Under the pieces are notes generated by a model, which ran no database searches, had not been told where the DNA came from, and saw only the letters and a list, made by a program, of their open reading frames with translations. A DNA stretch of 64,000 nucleotides from Methanobacteriota archaeon (GTDB taxonomy: Archaea > Thermoplasmatota > Thermoplasmata > SG8-5 > JAGLSY01). The stretch covers positions 640,001-704,000 of the forward strand of contig JAEHCQ010000001.1 of assembly GCA_020696385.1 (NCBI GenBank), read 5' to 3'. Position numbers and translations under genes: made by a program. This document shows, piece by piece, positions 47,650 through 57,331 of the stretch (the first letter of the stretch is position 1; every line of letters starts with the position of its first letter).

Positions 47650-50217
47650 TTATCGATCCCTTTCATAATGATCGTCATCATCATATCCATCATCTTCACC
47701 ATATTCACGCTGTTCGGAATTCACAGAACTGGTCTTCCTGAAATAGAAGGCCATGATGATTATCACAGAAAGTATCAGGATCAGCACGAATATCACGATC
47801 ACCCAGTTGTAACCACTACCGGATGTGCTTATGCCTTCTTCTATGAAGATCTCGACAGTGTCAGTAGCTGTGTTGCCAGCTTCGTCAGTAACTGTGAGTG
47901 TGACATTGTAAGTGCCGTGTTCCATGAACTTGTATTTTGGATAGATGCCGTCCAGAGTGACCATGGAGCCATTGTAGACGAAGGTCCAGGTGTAGTCGAT
48001 TATACCCACATTGTCAGTGGAGTCCGAGGCATCGAGGGTGATCCAGATAGACATCTCGCTCTGTTGATCCGCCCCAGCATCCGCGACCGGAGCCTCATCA
48101 TCCTCGACATGGACCAATATGGTATCTTGATGTGAATTTCCCGCATTGTCCATCACGGTCAATGTTACCAGATACTGGCCATAATGATTGAAGGTGAAAT
48201 TAAAGGTCTCGCCGTGGAATTCCACACCCTGAGCCTCGTAGATGAAGTTCCACGTGTAATTGGAGATCCCCATATTGTCCGTCGAGTTCGACGCATCGAA
48301 TATCATAGTGCTGAATTGGGATATTGTGTAATTGTCCTCATCGCCAGAAACCGCCACTGGCAATATCGTGTCAACAGCGATGGTCACGTCATACTGCGCT
48401 GGCGGGGCTTCCAGATTCCCGGCCAGATCCTGCGCGATGGTGTAGAACCGGTACCAGCCGTCATCCAGTACCGTGACATTGTGGATGGTGGAATTGACGA
48501 TATCCTCCTCTACCAGCTCCCAGCTACTCCATGATTGATTATTGAAGCTCTCGCGCATCCAGAGGTCGACATTCTCGGCGGCTGGATACTGGCCAACCGA
48601 CATCGGGCCGAAGCCACTGGCTGAATCATCAGCCTCCCATTCCAGGAATATCGTACGGTTATCTTGCCAGAAGTCTGGCTGTGATACTTCGGAAGAAGGA
48701 GCGGTGATATCGTAGGCGCATGCCCCATAGTCCGATAGGGGCATGGACTCGGTGTTGTTGAAAGCGTCAGTGGCTATGGAGTAGAATTCGTAATAACCTT
48801 CGCCATCCGGGAAGTCGAAGGTGAAGTTCCAGGGCGACTGGAAATCGGTTCCGAATTCGGTCCAGGAACCGAAGGAGCCATTGTCCAGGGAGAAGATGTA
48901 GAAGAGGGTGATGTTCGTGATATAGGAATCATCACCATCATCATGTGTTACATTGATCTGGATCGGTGTATTGGTCCAGTATGAATTGATCATGACTGTC
49001 GAGTTGGGAGTGGTGATGTCGTCTATCTGGGGCATGGTTCCATTGTAGGGATTCATGAGTGGATAATTGTCCACAGCGCCAGATCCACCGGATATTCCCG
49101 TGTAGTTTGTATCCCCGATACCATCGGTTCCCAGGATGTTCTGATCGGGGCCGTAATGTGTGTCAGTTCCAGTGTAATCGGACCAGTAATTACCACCGGA
49201 GGGATAGCCATTGTCCCAATAGTTGGTTCCAGTGTTGTCAAATGCTTGGTTTGTATTATCTAATATAAGATTATAATAAATTGAATTGTTGTGTGAATTA
49301 TCTATATTAATTCCTTCTACAGTGTTGGAATACATGGTGTTGTCGATCACTGAACTGTAATTAGTATCATCGAGCCACAAACCACGCCAGGAATTATCAC
49401 TGCAATTATTGTCTATGATTGTAAAATTATGTGATGATTTTATGAATATGCCAGCGACATTGTTGAGGCATTTGTTTCCTTTAATTTCAGTGTGATTGGA
49501 CCAAACAGAATTTATGCCCCAGTCGCCGTTGTCAGAACATGTGTTATTGATCATCGTATTGTTGGTTGAGAAGGATTGGAAGATCCCGCAATTGGAAATA
49601 TCATTGAGCTCATTGTTAGAAACAACATTGTTCTTGGTGTTGACCAAAGCTATTCCAATACCATTGGTGGACGAATTGGTGAATATATTATTGGTAATGT
49701 AACTGTTGTTAGTATGTTCTAAATGAATTCCTTCAAGTCTGTTGTAATCGCCAGTGCAGTTATCAACATAAAGGTCAGAGGATTTATAAAGATAGATTCC
49801 ATAATAAAGATTGATGCTGGTGGTTGTGTTAGTAATAGTCCCAAATGTGGCATTGTAAATAATTAATCCCGATTGCATGAAATATGGAAATGTATTGACA
49901 TCACTGGCATTGAGTAAACTACAATTCCTCACCACGAAATACTCGGTGGTATTTCCGATATACAGACAATACCCAAACCCAGTCCCATTGATCTCCCAGT
50001 TCTCGATTATCCAGGGATCTGCCGATGTGCCGCTTCCATTCAGGCCAAGTGTGGCGAAATCCGTGTTATTGTTTATCCTCACTGGAGCATGAGGCGTGAG
50101 CGCGGAAACCGTATCCGGAACACCAGCCTCCACATCTCCAGTATCACCTGGAACTATCATCATGCTCGTGAACATCATCATGCTTAACAGAATTATAATC
50201 GTCTTTCTCATACCCAT
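47650..50217 (-). CDS. Cell-surface protein with NosD/CASH beta-helix and PKD domains
   Basis: Signal peptide, GSGTSADPWII, NNxCSxN repeats, WDNGYPSGGNYWSDY...DNYPL, two PKD domains and a C-terminal TM. Confidence 0.85.
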   Translation of the reverse strand: MGMRKTIIILLSMMMFTSMMIVPGDTGDVEAGVPDTVSALTPHAPVRINNNTDFATLGLNGSGTSADPWIIENWEINGTGFGYCLYIGNTTEYFVVRNCSLLNASDVNTFPYFMQSGLIIYNATFGTITNTTTSINLYYGIYLYKSSDLYVDNCTGDYNRLEGIHLEHTNNSYITNNIFTNSSTNGIGIALVNTKNNVVSNNELNDISNCGIFQSFSTNNTMINNTCSDNGDWGINSVWSNHTEIKGNKCLNNVAGIFIKSSHNFTIIDNNCSDNSWRGLWLDDTNYSSVIDNTMYSNTVEGINIDNSHNNSIYYNLILDNTNQAFDNTGTNYWDNGYPSGGNYWSDYTGTDTHYGPDQNILGTDGIGDTNYTGISGGSGAVDNYPLMNPYNGTMPQIDDITTPNSTVMINSYWTNTPIQINVTHDDGDDSYITNITLFYIFSLDNGSFGSWTEFGTDFQSPWNFTFDFPDGEGYYEFYSIATDAFNNTESMPLSDYGACAYDITAPSSEVSQPDFWQDNRTIFLEWEADDSASGFGPMSVGQYPAAENVDLWMRESFNNQSWSSWELVEEDIVNSTIHNVTVLDDGWYRFYTIAQDLAGNLEAPPAQYDVTIAVDTILPVAVSGDEDNYTISQFSTMIFDASNSTDNMGISNYTWNFIYEAQGVEFHGETFNFTFNHYGQYLVTLTVMDNAGNSHQDTILVHVEDDEAPVADAGADQQSEMSIWITLDASDSTDNVGIIDYTWTFVYNGSMVTLDGIYPKYKFMEHGTYNVTLTVTDEAGNTATDTVEIFIEEGISTSGSGYNWVIVIFVLILILSVIIIMAFYFRKTSSVNSEQREYGEDDGYDDDDHYERDR

Positions 50218-50355
50218 CCGTCCTAATAATCAGATTATGCCATTCCGCTATTTATGGTTTGGTATGTTGCAAATCGCACATATGCGCGTTGATAATGCAA
50301 CACGTGCACATGATTTAACCAAACCTTTATGAATACAATGATATTGTTGGGGCAG

Positions 50356-50784
50356 ATGACCGATGTCAAAAGGTTCAATATGATACTGGGAGCTATCGCG
50401 ATAACCATACTGGTGACCTCGTGCGCGGCCTTCGCCTACACGATGGTTCCGAAGGGCGATACCGACAAGATCATCGTGAACGGTGTGGATTTCACATGGA
50501 GCGATATTGAGAATGATTATGAAATCATCTCATTCAGTGTTGGCGATCTGGATTTCGAAGGCGTGAAGCTCAGCGAGATAATCGAGGACGCGGACATCCA
50601 GGATCATGAGACATACCAATACAAATTCACAGGAGCTGATGGGTATCAGAAGGATGTGGATTGGGACGATGTCAATACTGGCTACATTGTTCTGGAAGAC
50701 AAAAAGGTCGTATTCACGGAACAAACAAAGAGCTTCTGGGTCAGGGACCTGGTGACGATCGATATCGTTTGTATCAACTGTTAG
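50356..50784 (+). CDS. Membrane-anchored protein with one molybdopterin-oxidoreductase-like domain
   Basis: N-terminal TM, then FEGVKLSEII...FTGADGYQKDVDW...WVRDLVTI, resembling the Oxidored_molyb fold. Confidence 0.55.
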   Translation: MTDVKRFNMILGAIAITILVTSCAAFAYTMVPKGDTDKIIVNGVDFTWSDIENDYEIISFSVGDLDFEGVKLSEIIEDADIQDHETYQYKFTGADGYQKDVDWDDVNTGYIVLEDKKVVFTEQTKSFWVRDLVTIDIVCINC

Positions 50785-50857
50785 TAACGGAGAGTGAGTT
50801 CAATGAGTGAGCGAAGCAAACACATTGAAAATATCGGAATAAAATGGAGAGATTCAA

Positions 50858-51616
50858 GTGAGTGAGAAATTAGGAATCGGGATCGCACTGGCTGTCGTAG
50901 TCGTTATCATAATCGGAATAGTGTATGTTGTTATTCCGGATGGGGACACTATTGATACCGGGGACACCGTGGAGTTCGATGGACAGGATTATTCCTGGGA
51001 CGATCTGGCCGAGGATCTGGAGACCAAGACCGTGGATGGAAAAGAAGGACTGGCTCTCAGTGACATTCTGAACCTGACTGCTTTTGGCGACGAACTTGAT
51101 GATGATAAAAATGAGACTTTGTTCACCATCATCGCGGAGGATGGCTGGCAGAAGAATGTATCATGGAATGACATGATGCAGGGTATCCTGCTGGAAGAAA
51201 ATACAGCCACTTATTTCCCACATTTGCCAGGAGCTTACAAGATCAGGGATATAGCATCCATAAATGAGATCGATCTGGGTGCACTGGCCATCGTTGACCC
51301 AAATGGCTCATGGTCCTCAAGTGTGGAACTGACCTGGGATGGGATCTTCAATGATCTGAACACGACACAATTCACCAGCGGAGATATCACATACGATGGT
51401 GTGGAACTGGTCGAAGTTCTGGAATATGCTGGATTCACAGATCTGGCCAATAAGACTTACAAGATAACCGCGGTTGACGGATATCAAAAGGATGTCGGCT
51501 GGATTGATATCCAGAATGGTTATCTAATCCTGGAGGACAATATGAGCGTGTTCCCGGACCTTACAAGCAAATACAGTATCAAGAATATCATAAGAATAGA
51601 GGTGGCAGACCTATGA
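50858..51616 (+). CDS. Membrane-anchored protein with two copies of the same domain
   Basis: N-terminal TM; EGLALSDIL...AEDGWQKNVSW and DGVELVEVL...AVDGYQKDVGW. Confidence 0.55.
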   Translation: MSEKLGIGIALAVVVVIIIGIVYVVIPDGDTIDTGDTVEFDGQDYSWDDLAEDLETKTVDGKEGLALSDILNLTAFGDELDDDKNETLFTIIAEDGWQKNVSWNDMMQGILLEENTATYFPHLPGAYKIRDIASINEIDLGALAIVDPNGSWSSSVELTWDGIFNDLNTTQFTSGDITYDGVELVEVLEYAGFTDLANKTYKITAVDGYQKDVGWIDIQNGYLILEDNMSVFPDLTSKYSIKNIIRIEVADL

Positions 51617-52302
51617 GAAAAATGAAGGATAATAAAGACAATATGAAGATCCTCGCGGGGATCATAGTATTTGGATCGATTTGGGGACTTCTGGAATGTA
51701 CACTGGGCGGTGTGAAATTCGGAGGAGTCCTGAGCAATTTCCCTATGGGCGCTCTTTTGGGCGGCCTGGTCGGGCTCGGGCTAATGGCCTACACCAGGAA
51801 GACGTACAATATCCTGGGCATGCAATTGGGCATGGCACTTGTTGCTGGATTGCTCAGATTCTGGGCTCCCATAGGCACATGCGTGATATGCTCCGCACTG
51901 GCTATAGCCGCTGAGGGTTTGGTCTTCGAGATGATATTCAACAGGCCGATGTTCGATATCAGAAAGGCTGGTAATCCACTGGTCAACCCAAAAAGTCTGG
52001 CAATGATCGGTGTGATCGCGGGATTCACGATTTACGTCACTGGCTACATGTTCACCCAGGTCTTTACTCCAGTCATCACGACCGGCGCATTCAACTTCTC
52101 CAACTTCAGCGCTGTCCTTCCACTCATAATTGGAAGGGGCTTCTTCGCAGCCGCTCTGGGTGGTATCTCACTACCAGTGGCTGTCATGGCGAAGCAACTG
52201 TACATGAATGTCTACGAGATCAGGAAGGAACATTACTACGGAGTGGCAGCCAGTGTTTCAGCATTCTGCTGGATCGCGATGTTCGCCATATTCTACCTTT
52301 AG
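51613..52302 (+). CDS. Integral membrane protein, ECF S-component-like
   Basis: About 6 TM segments; FGSIWGLLECTLG and AIAAEGLVFE; overlaps the upstream stop. Confidence 0.5.
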   Translation: MRKMKDNKDNMKILAGIIVFGSIWGLLECTLGGVKFGGVLSNFPMGALLGGLVGLGLMAYTRKTYNILGMQLGMALVAGLLRFWAPIGTCVICSALAIAAEGLVFEMIFNRPMFDIRKAGNPLVNPKSLAMIGVIAGFTIYVTGYMFTQVFTPVITTGAFNFSNFSAVLPLIIGRGFFAAALGGISLPVAVMAKQLYMNVYEIRKEHYYGVAASVSAFCWIAMFAIFYL

Positions 52303-52313
52303 GAGTGAGAAGA

Positions 52314-52757
52314 ATGGCAACTGTCAAGATAATAAAGTTCGATCCATCGAAGTGCGATGGCGATCTGGCATGCGAGAAAGCATGCTCCAATGTCCACCAT
52401 AAGAACGAGAATGGTGGAGGATGGTCCGCGATAAGGATCATAAAAGGCGATACTGGCTTCGTGATGGAGAACTGCAATCATTGCGGTCTGTGCATCGACA
52501 TGTGCCCGGTCCAGGCGATAAGAAGACTTGGAAGCGGGACCGTGGTCATAAACAAGAAATTGTGTATCGGCTGCCAGGCCTGTGTGGGATTCTGCTCCAG
52601 CGAGGTCATGAGAAAGGCTCCCGAGGTCATCACGCCCTTCAAATGCATATCCTGTGGCAAGTGCGTCAGCGCTTGTCCAAATGGCGCATTGGAGCTCGTA
52701 GAGGTGGAATTGGATGACATTGAGGAAACCGTATACCACAAACAGGGGGTGTGCTGA
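52314..52757 (+). CDS. 4Fe-4S polyferredoxin, partner of AOR
   Basis: CDGDLACEKAC, CNHCGLCIDMCP, CIGCQACVGFC, CISCGKCVSACP. Confidence 0.9.
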   Translation: MATVKIIKFDPSKCDGDLACEKACSNVHHKNENGGGWSAIRIIKGDTGFVMENCNHCGLCIDMCPVQAIRRLGSGTVVINKKLCIGCQACVGFCSSEVMRKAPEVITPFKCISCGKCVSACPNGALELVEVELDDIEETVYHKQGVC

Positions 52758-55111
52758 TGAGTGATGAGAATTGTAAAGCAGAAGCGAAATTGATTGGAAA
52801 CCGGGCTATCGGTTTCCAAACTGGGAACACGGAACATAAATGGGATCTGGACGCGCTGAGAGCCAGCCACGTTGTTCTGGCCGAATACGCTTATGAGAAA
52901 AAGCCGATAGTCAAGGGCTATGCTGGCCGCACTCTGTATGTGGATCTGACAAAGAAGGAAATTAGAGAAATACCAATAACAGAGGACATGAAGAAGAAGT
53001 TCACCGGGGGCCGAGGATTCGGTCTCAAGCTCCTCTGGGATTCCATCAACCCCTCAACACGCTGGGACAGTGATGAGAATGGACTGGTACTGACAGCTGG
53101 ACCGATGTGCGGTTCCACCCAGTATCCGGGCTTTGGAAAATCACTGGCACTGTCTGTTTCTCCTTCCACCGATATCATATGCGATTCCAATGCTGGCGGT
53201 TACTTCGCGCCATACATGAAATTTGCTGGCTTTGATGCTGTCCAGATACATGGAAAGGCCGATGAAGATGTTATCGTCCTCATCGACGGTGTCGAAGGAA
53301 AAGTTCGTATCGAGACCGCACCTGGCGAGGAGACGAACTCCCACGTACTGGCTGAGCAATTGACCCACCTGTATGCCTTCGAGGATTCCGAGAAGGGCAA
53401 GCAGGGAGTGGCTGTCGTATCCGCCGGAACTGGAGCGGAGAACTCCTACTGGGGATGCTTGAACATCTCATTTTACGATATCCGAAGAAAAGTAGCCAGG
53501 TTGAAGCAACATGGCCGTGGTGGACTGGGAACAGTTCTGAGACACAAGAAGATCAAGGCCGTTGTTTCCAGGATAGACGAGTTCGATGCCACAACTAACG
53601 ATGCTGTCGATCTGGATAAAATTGCTGAAATAGGCGCGAACTATCACAAGGAAATGAGGGATCTGGACAAGGACCAGTGCAATATGAGGACCGTTGGAAC
53701 CGGCCACCTGGTGGAGATCATGGACGCCTATGACCTTCTACCAACTGAGAATTACAGATTTGGCCAGCACCCGAAAGCACCGAAGATATATTCACCTCAT
53801 TTCTACAAGCTGTGGACCCAGGTGATACCCGATGGCTGCTGGTACGGATGCACGATGGCATGCGCGAAAGCCGCTGACGGATACACGGTCATGACCGGAC
53901 CTTACAAGGGTCATAAAGTGACCGTTGACGGTCCAGAGTACGAGACACTGGGCTGTTCAGCCAATATGAGCATCTGGGATCCACTATGGGTGCTGGAGTT
54001 CAACTTCTACTGCGACACATACGGACTGGACACGATCTCAAGTGGAACCGCCATCGCTTTCTACATGGAGATGTACGAATACGGCATCCTGAACAAGGAA
54101 AGATGCGGTGGTCTGGAGCTTTGCTTTGGAAACGCCGATGCGATGATGGAATTACTCCACAGAATGGCCGCTGGTGATGATGACGAGTTCGTCAAGATCG
54201 CTGGAAAGGGCGCACGCCGTGTGAAGGACTGGCTCAAGACCAAGAACTGGGGAGACCAGCAGCTGATCGAGGATTGCGGTATGGAATCCAAGGGTCTGGA
54301 ATATTCCGAATACGTTACCAAAGAAAGCTTGGCCATGCAGGGCGGCTACGGTCTTACACTCAAGGGACCTCAGCACGACGAAGCCTGGCTGATCTTCATG
54401 GACATGGTGAACAATCAGATCCCGACCTTCGCTGATAAGGCCGAAGCTCTCCACTATTTCCCGATGTGGAGAACGTGGTTCGGACTGAACGGATTATGCA
54501 AACTACCATGGAACGATGTCGAACCTGAGGACAATGCAAGCACTGGTGAGCCAGCTAAGGTTCCAGGGCACGTGCAGAATTATGTCGATATCCAGAACGC
54601 GATCACTGGCTGGAACGTGACCAAGGAGGATCTCATTCTGCAAAGCGAGAGAGCGTACAACTGGCAAAGAGCCATGAATGTCTGGATGGGCCGTGGACGA
54701 AGAGCGGACGACTGGATACCATACAGGTCCATGGGACCCGTCACCAGACTGGAATACGTCTCCCGCCAGGAAATGTACGACAAGCAGATGGTGGAGGACA
54801 TTGGAGTTCCGGCAGACAGCCTGGAAGCCATGAGCATTGAAGATCGTATGAAGATGATGTACCATTATCGACAGAACCGTTATCAGAAATTGGCAGACGC
54901 GGTTTACTTCCGAAGAGGATGGACACACAATGGTGTGCCGACTGTTCAGAAGATGATCTCACTTGGATTCGCTGACGAGACCAAGATGCTGGAAATGCTG
55001 AAACAGAAGATCGACGAAGATGAAGCAGCTGGCCTGAACAAGTGGGGCGGGGATTACACAGGAGATGAAAAACCACCGACCGATGATGCGAAGTACTGGG
55101 AATCGTGGTAA
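52757..55111 (+). CDS. aor: Tungsten-containing aldehyde:ferredoxin oxidoreductase family protein
   Basis: GGRGFG, SNAGGYF, GRGGLGTV, CWYGCTMAC, GPEYET, CDTYGLDTIS; TGATG coupling to the ferredoxin gene. Confidence 0.92.
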   Translation: MSDENCKAEAKLIGNRAIGFQTGNTEHKWDLDALRASHVVLAEYAYEKKPIVKGYAGRTLYVDLTKKEIREIPITEDMKKKFTGGRGFGLKLLWDSINPSTRWDSDENGLVLTAGPMCGSTQYPGFGKSLALSVSPSTDIICDSNAGGYFAPYMKFAGFDAVQIHGKADEDVIVLIDGVEGKVRIETAPGEETNSHVLAEQLTHLYAFEDSEKGKQGVAVVSAGTGAENSYWGCLNISFYDIRRKVARLKQHGRGGLGTVLRHKKIKAVVSRIDEFDATTNDAVDLDKIAEIGANYHKEMRDLDKDQCNMRTVGTGHLVEIMDAYDLLPTENYRFGQHPKAPKIYSPHFYKLWTQVIPDGCWYGCTMACAKAADGYTVMTGPYKGHKVTVDGPEYETLGCSANMSIWDPLWVLEFNFYCDTYGLDTISSGTAIAFYMEMYEYGILNKERCGGLELCFGNADAMMELLHRMAAGDDDEFVKIAGKGARRVKDWLKTKNWGDQQLIEDCGMESKGLEYSEYVTKESLAMQGGYGLTLKGPQHDEAWLIFMDMVNNQIPTFADKAEALHYFPMWRTWFGLNGLCKLPWNDVEPEDNASTGEPAKVPGHVQNYVDIQNAITGWNVTKEDLILQSERAYNWQRAMNVWMGRGRRADDWIPYRSMGPVTRLEYVSRQEMYDKQMVEDIGVPADSLEAMSIEDRMKMMYHYRQNRYQKLADAVYFRRGWTHNGVPTVQKMISLGFADETKMLEMLKQKIDEDEAAGLNKWGGDYTGDEKPPTDDAKYWESW

Positions 55112-55124
55112 GTGTCTGAATAAA

Positions 55125-55162
55125 TGCCAGGCCGATAAAAAAGCCTGGCACCTTTAACTTTT
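55125..55162 (+). terminator. Hairpin plus T-rich tract after aor
   Basis: TGCCAGGC-10 nt-GCCTGGCA followed by CCTTTAACTTTT. Confidence 0.55.
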
Positions 55163-55173
55163 TGGGGGATAAA

Positions 55174-55917
55174 ATGAAGATATCTATGGAATCAAAAGTA
55201 AGTCAAATGTACGCCATGTTCCTGGTCGGCGCAGTCATGGTACTGGCCGCCCTCTGGCTCTTCGCAACCAGCATGACGGAGATGGTGCCATTCCCTCCAG
55301 AGACCACCATGGAGTTCGTCATAATCATCTTCGTCGTTCTGGGAATGAACTTCGGCATATCATCTGGAAAGAAGCTGGCTTACACCATCCACGATCGTGA
55401 TATCATTCTGAATCGTGTCGAAGGGCAGGGCAAGGTCACCACCATGCTCGGCAAGATAATGAGCATGCCGATACTCTTCACAGCCACTACGACGATCATC
55501 TGGATCGTGTTCATCATCATCGTCAGCCTTATGAAGAACATCGTGGTGGATTCCGTGATTATCGGGACCGTGCGGTGGTTGATGATCATTGCGATGATCA
55601 TACTGATACCCGGTTCCTTCCTCATATACAGAGCCGCGAGCTATGGCAAGCCCCATATGCTGACCTTGAAAGGAAAGATCATAATGAACAAGAGTAGCAG
55701 GGTGGTGGCGGAAGCGATGGAGAAGATCGACCATGTGGAAGACAGGGGAAGGGAGATGGTCCATAATCCAGGGGATGCTGGCAGGGATCTGTATCACAAG
55801 GTGGAAGATACTGGAAGAGACATGATGCATCAAGCCACGGACACTGGTCGGGATATGGCCGAGCGGGTTGATGATAAAGGGAAAGATGTTTTTGATCGGA
55901 TACGGAAGAAATTATGA
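55174..55917 (+). CDS. 4-TM membrane protein with C-terminal 11-mer repeats
   Basis: Four hydrophobic segments, then five DxGR/KD-type 11-aa repeats. Confidence 0.65.
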   Translation: MKISMESKVSQMYAMFLVGAVMVLAALWLFATSMTEMVPFPPETTMEFVIIIFVVLGMNFGISSGKKLAYTIHDRDIILNRVEGQGKVTTMLGKIMSMPILFTATTTIIWIVFIIIVSLMKNIVVDSVIIGTVRWLMIIAMIILIPGSFLIYRAASYGKPHMLTLKGKIIMNKSSRVVAEAMEKIDHVEDRGREMVHNPGDAGRDLYHKVEDTGRDMMHQATDTGRDMAERVDDKGKDVFDRIRKKL

Positions 55918-55993
55918 GAACTGTCCCTCACATCCGCAAAATCCAAAAGCATATTTAACCCAACTATATTCACCCCCACTATAGGTGAATGAT

Positions 55994-56383
55994 ATGGATG
56001 AAAAAGTATATGACATGTTCACGCGCAGGGAGATAGATTTCCGCGCACTGGCCAATACATTTCCAGGAATTGCAGATTACTTCCGGAGCACACAGCCCGG
56101 AAAGATAAACGAGTATGACAACGGTGTGATGAGCACCGTCATCGAGGGACAGGACAAGCCTTCCCCTTCGACATTCGGATACCTACCGGTCGGTGAGTTC
56201 GTCTTCAATGTAGGTGGCAATCAGGAGACCATGCATTTCCTGTACGGGGAGATCACTTGGGGTGTTGGCAAGGGCGATATCGTGCCAAAACAATACGACA
56301 CATTGCTGATACCCGCGGGCAAGGATCTAGTGCTTAATGTTAAGAAGCCCACATTGTATGTGTGTGACTATCTGAAACAATGA
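55994..56383 (+). CDS. Cupin resembling pyrimidine/purine nucleoside phosphorylase PpnP (DUF1255)
   Basis: KINEYDNGVMS...GEFVFN...ETMHFLYG...VKKPTLYVCDY parallels PpnP (NEYFxGxVKS, GEYxF, ExM, YLCxY) as I recall it. Confidence 0.6.
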   Translation: MDEKVYDMFTRREIDFRALANTFPGIADYFRSTQPGKINEYDNGVMSTVIEGQDKPSPSTFGYLPVGEFVFNVGGNQETMHFLYGEITWGVGKGDIVPKQYDTLLIPAGKDLVLNVKKPTLYVCDYLKQ

Positions 56384-57252
56384 AAAGCACATTCATAGCA
56401 CCCTATTTGCTCTACCTCGAATCAAAGAGGAAGATGCTCGGCACCAAGTTCTTCGCCGAAATCGACGTTACTGACAATTGTAATCTCAGATGTAAGCATT
56501 GCTATCACTTTCACGGTAAAGATGATTTTAAGGAAGAGGAATTGCCAATAGAACTTTGGAGAGAGCGGTTGGAAAAGCTTCATAAACAGGGTATCAGGCT
56601 TGTTCTGCTTGTCGGTGGAGAGCCCGCCCTAAGGATCGATGTGCTTATGCTGGCTCATGAGATCTTCCCATTTGTATATGTCATAACGAATGGGGTGGTA
56701 TTCATCCCTAAGGAATTCGATCATCTTCTGTACATGTCGATGGACGGCATGCGGGAGACCAATGACACGATAAGAGGTCGGGGAACATTCGACAAGATCC
56801 TGAAGAATTATTCCGGTGACGAGCGTGTTGCCATAAACATGACGATAACCATGGACAATTACAAGGAACTGGAGGATGTGGTCAAACTCTCGAAAGAACA
56901 TGGTTTCAGAGGGGTTGTTTGTAATATATGTGCTTCAGGAATGGAGACCGATATCCCGATGAATGTCAAAGCAGATGGTAGGAAACTCATTGTGGACGAG
57001 ATAAGAAGGGTCAAAGAAGCACATCCCAAGCAGTTCTTGATCAGTGATACGATGATCAAGTGGTATGAAGTGGCCGATCACCGCTCCAAATGCTACTGGG
57101 GTGACGATGTCCTGCATTTTGATGTGAATTGGAAATCCAGACGCTGTTTCGGACCCAATACAGATTGCTCGAATTGTGGATGCTTGGCTGGTTCTTTCCA
57201 GAGCCCGCTTTATATGGCTTTCACGGCCAAGGAATTCAGGAAATTGGTTTGA
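56380..57252 (+). CDS. Radical SAM protein
   Basis: CNLRCKHC, GGEP, TNG, SMDG and a C-terminal Cys cluster (C...C...CSNCGC). Confidence 0.9.
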   Translation: MKSTFIAPYLLYLESKRKMLGTKFFAEIDVTDNCNLRCKHCYHFHGKDDFKEEELPIELWRERLEKLHKQGIRLVLLVGGEPALRIDVLMLAHEIFPFVYVITNGVVFIPKEFDHLLYMSMDGMRETNDTIRGRGTFDKILKNYSGDERVAINMTITMDNYKELEDVVKLSKEHGFRGVVCNICASGMETDIPMNVKADGRKLIVDEIRRVKEAHPKQFLISDTMIKWYEVADHRSKCYWGDDVLHFDVNWKSRRCFGPNTDCSNCGCLAGSFQSPLYMAFTAKEFRKLV

Positions 57253-57331
57253 ATTTATTCATAATCATATTCATTTCTATTTACAGGGAATTGATATTTA
57301 TTCTCTGAAATTTTACCGTAGCATGGATATT

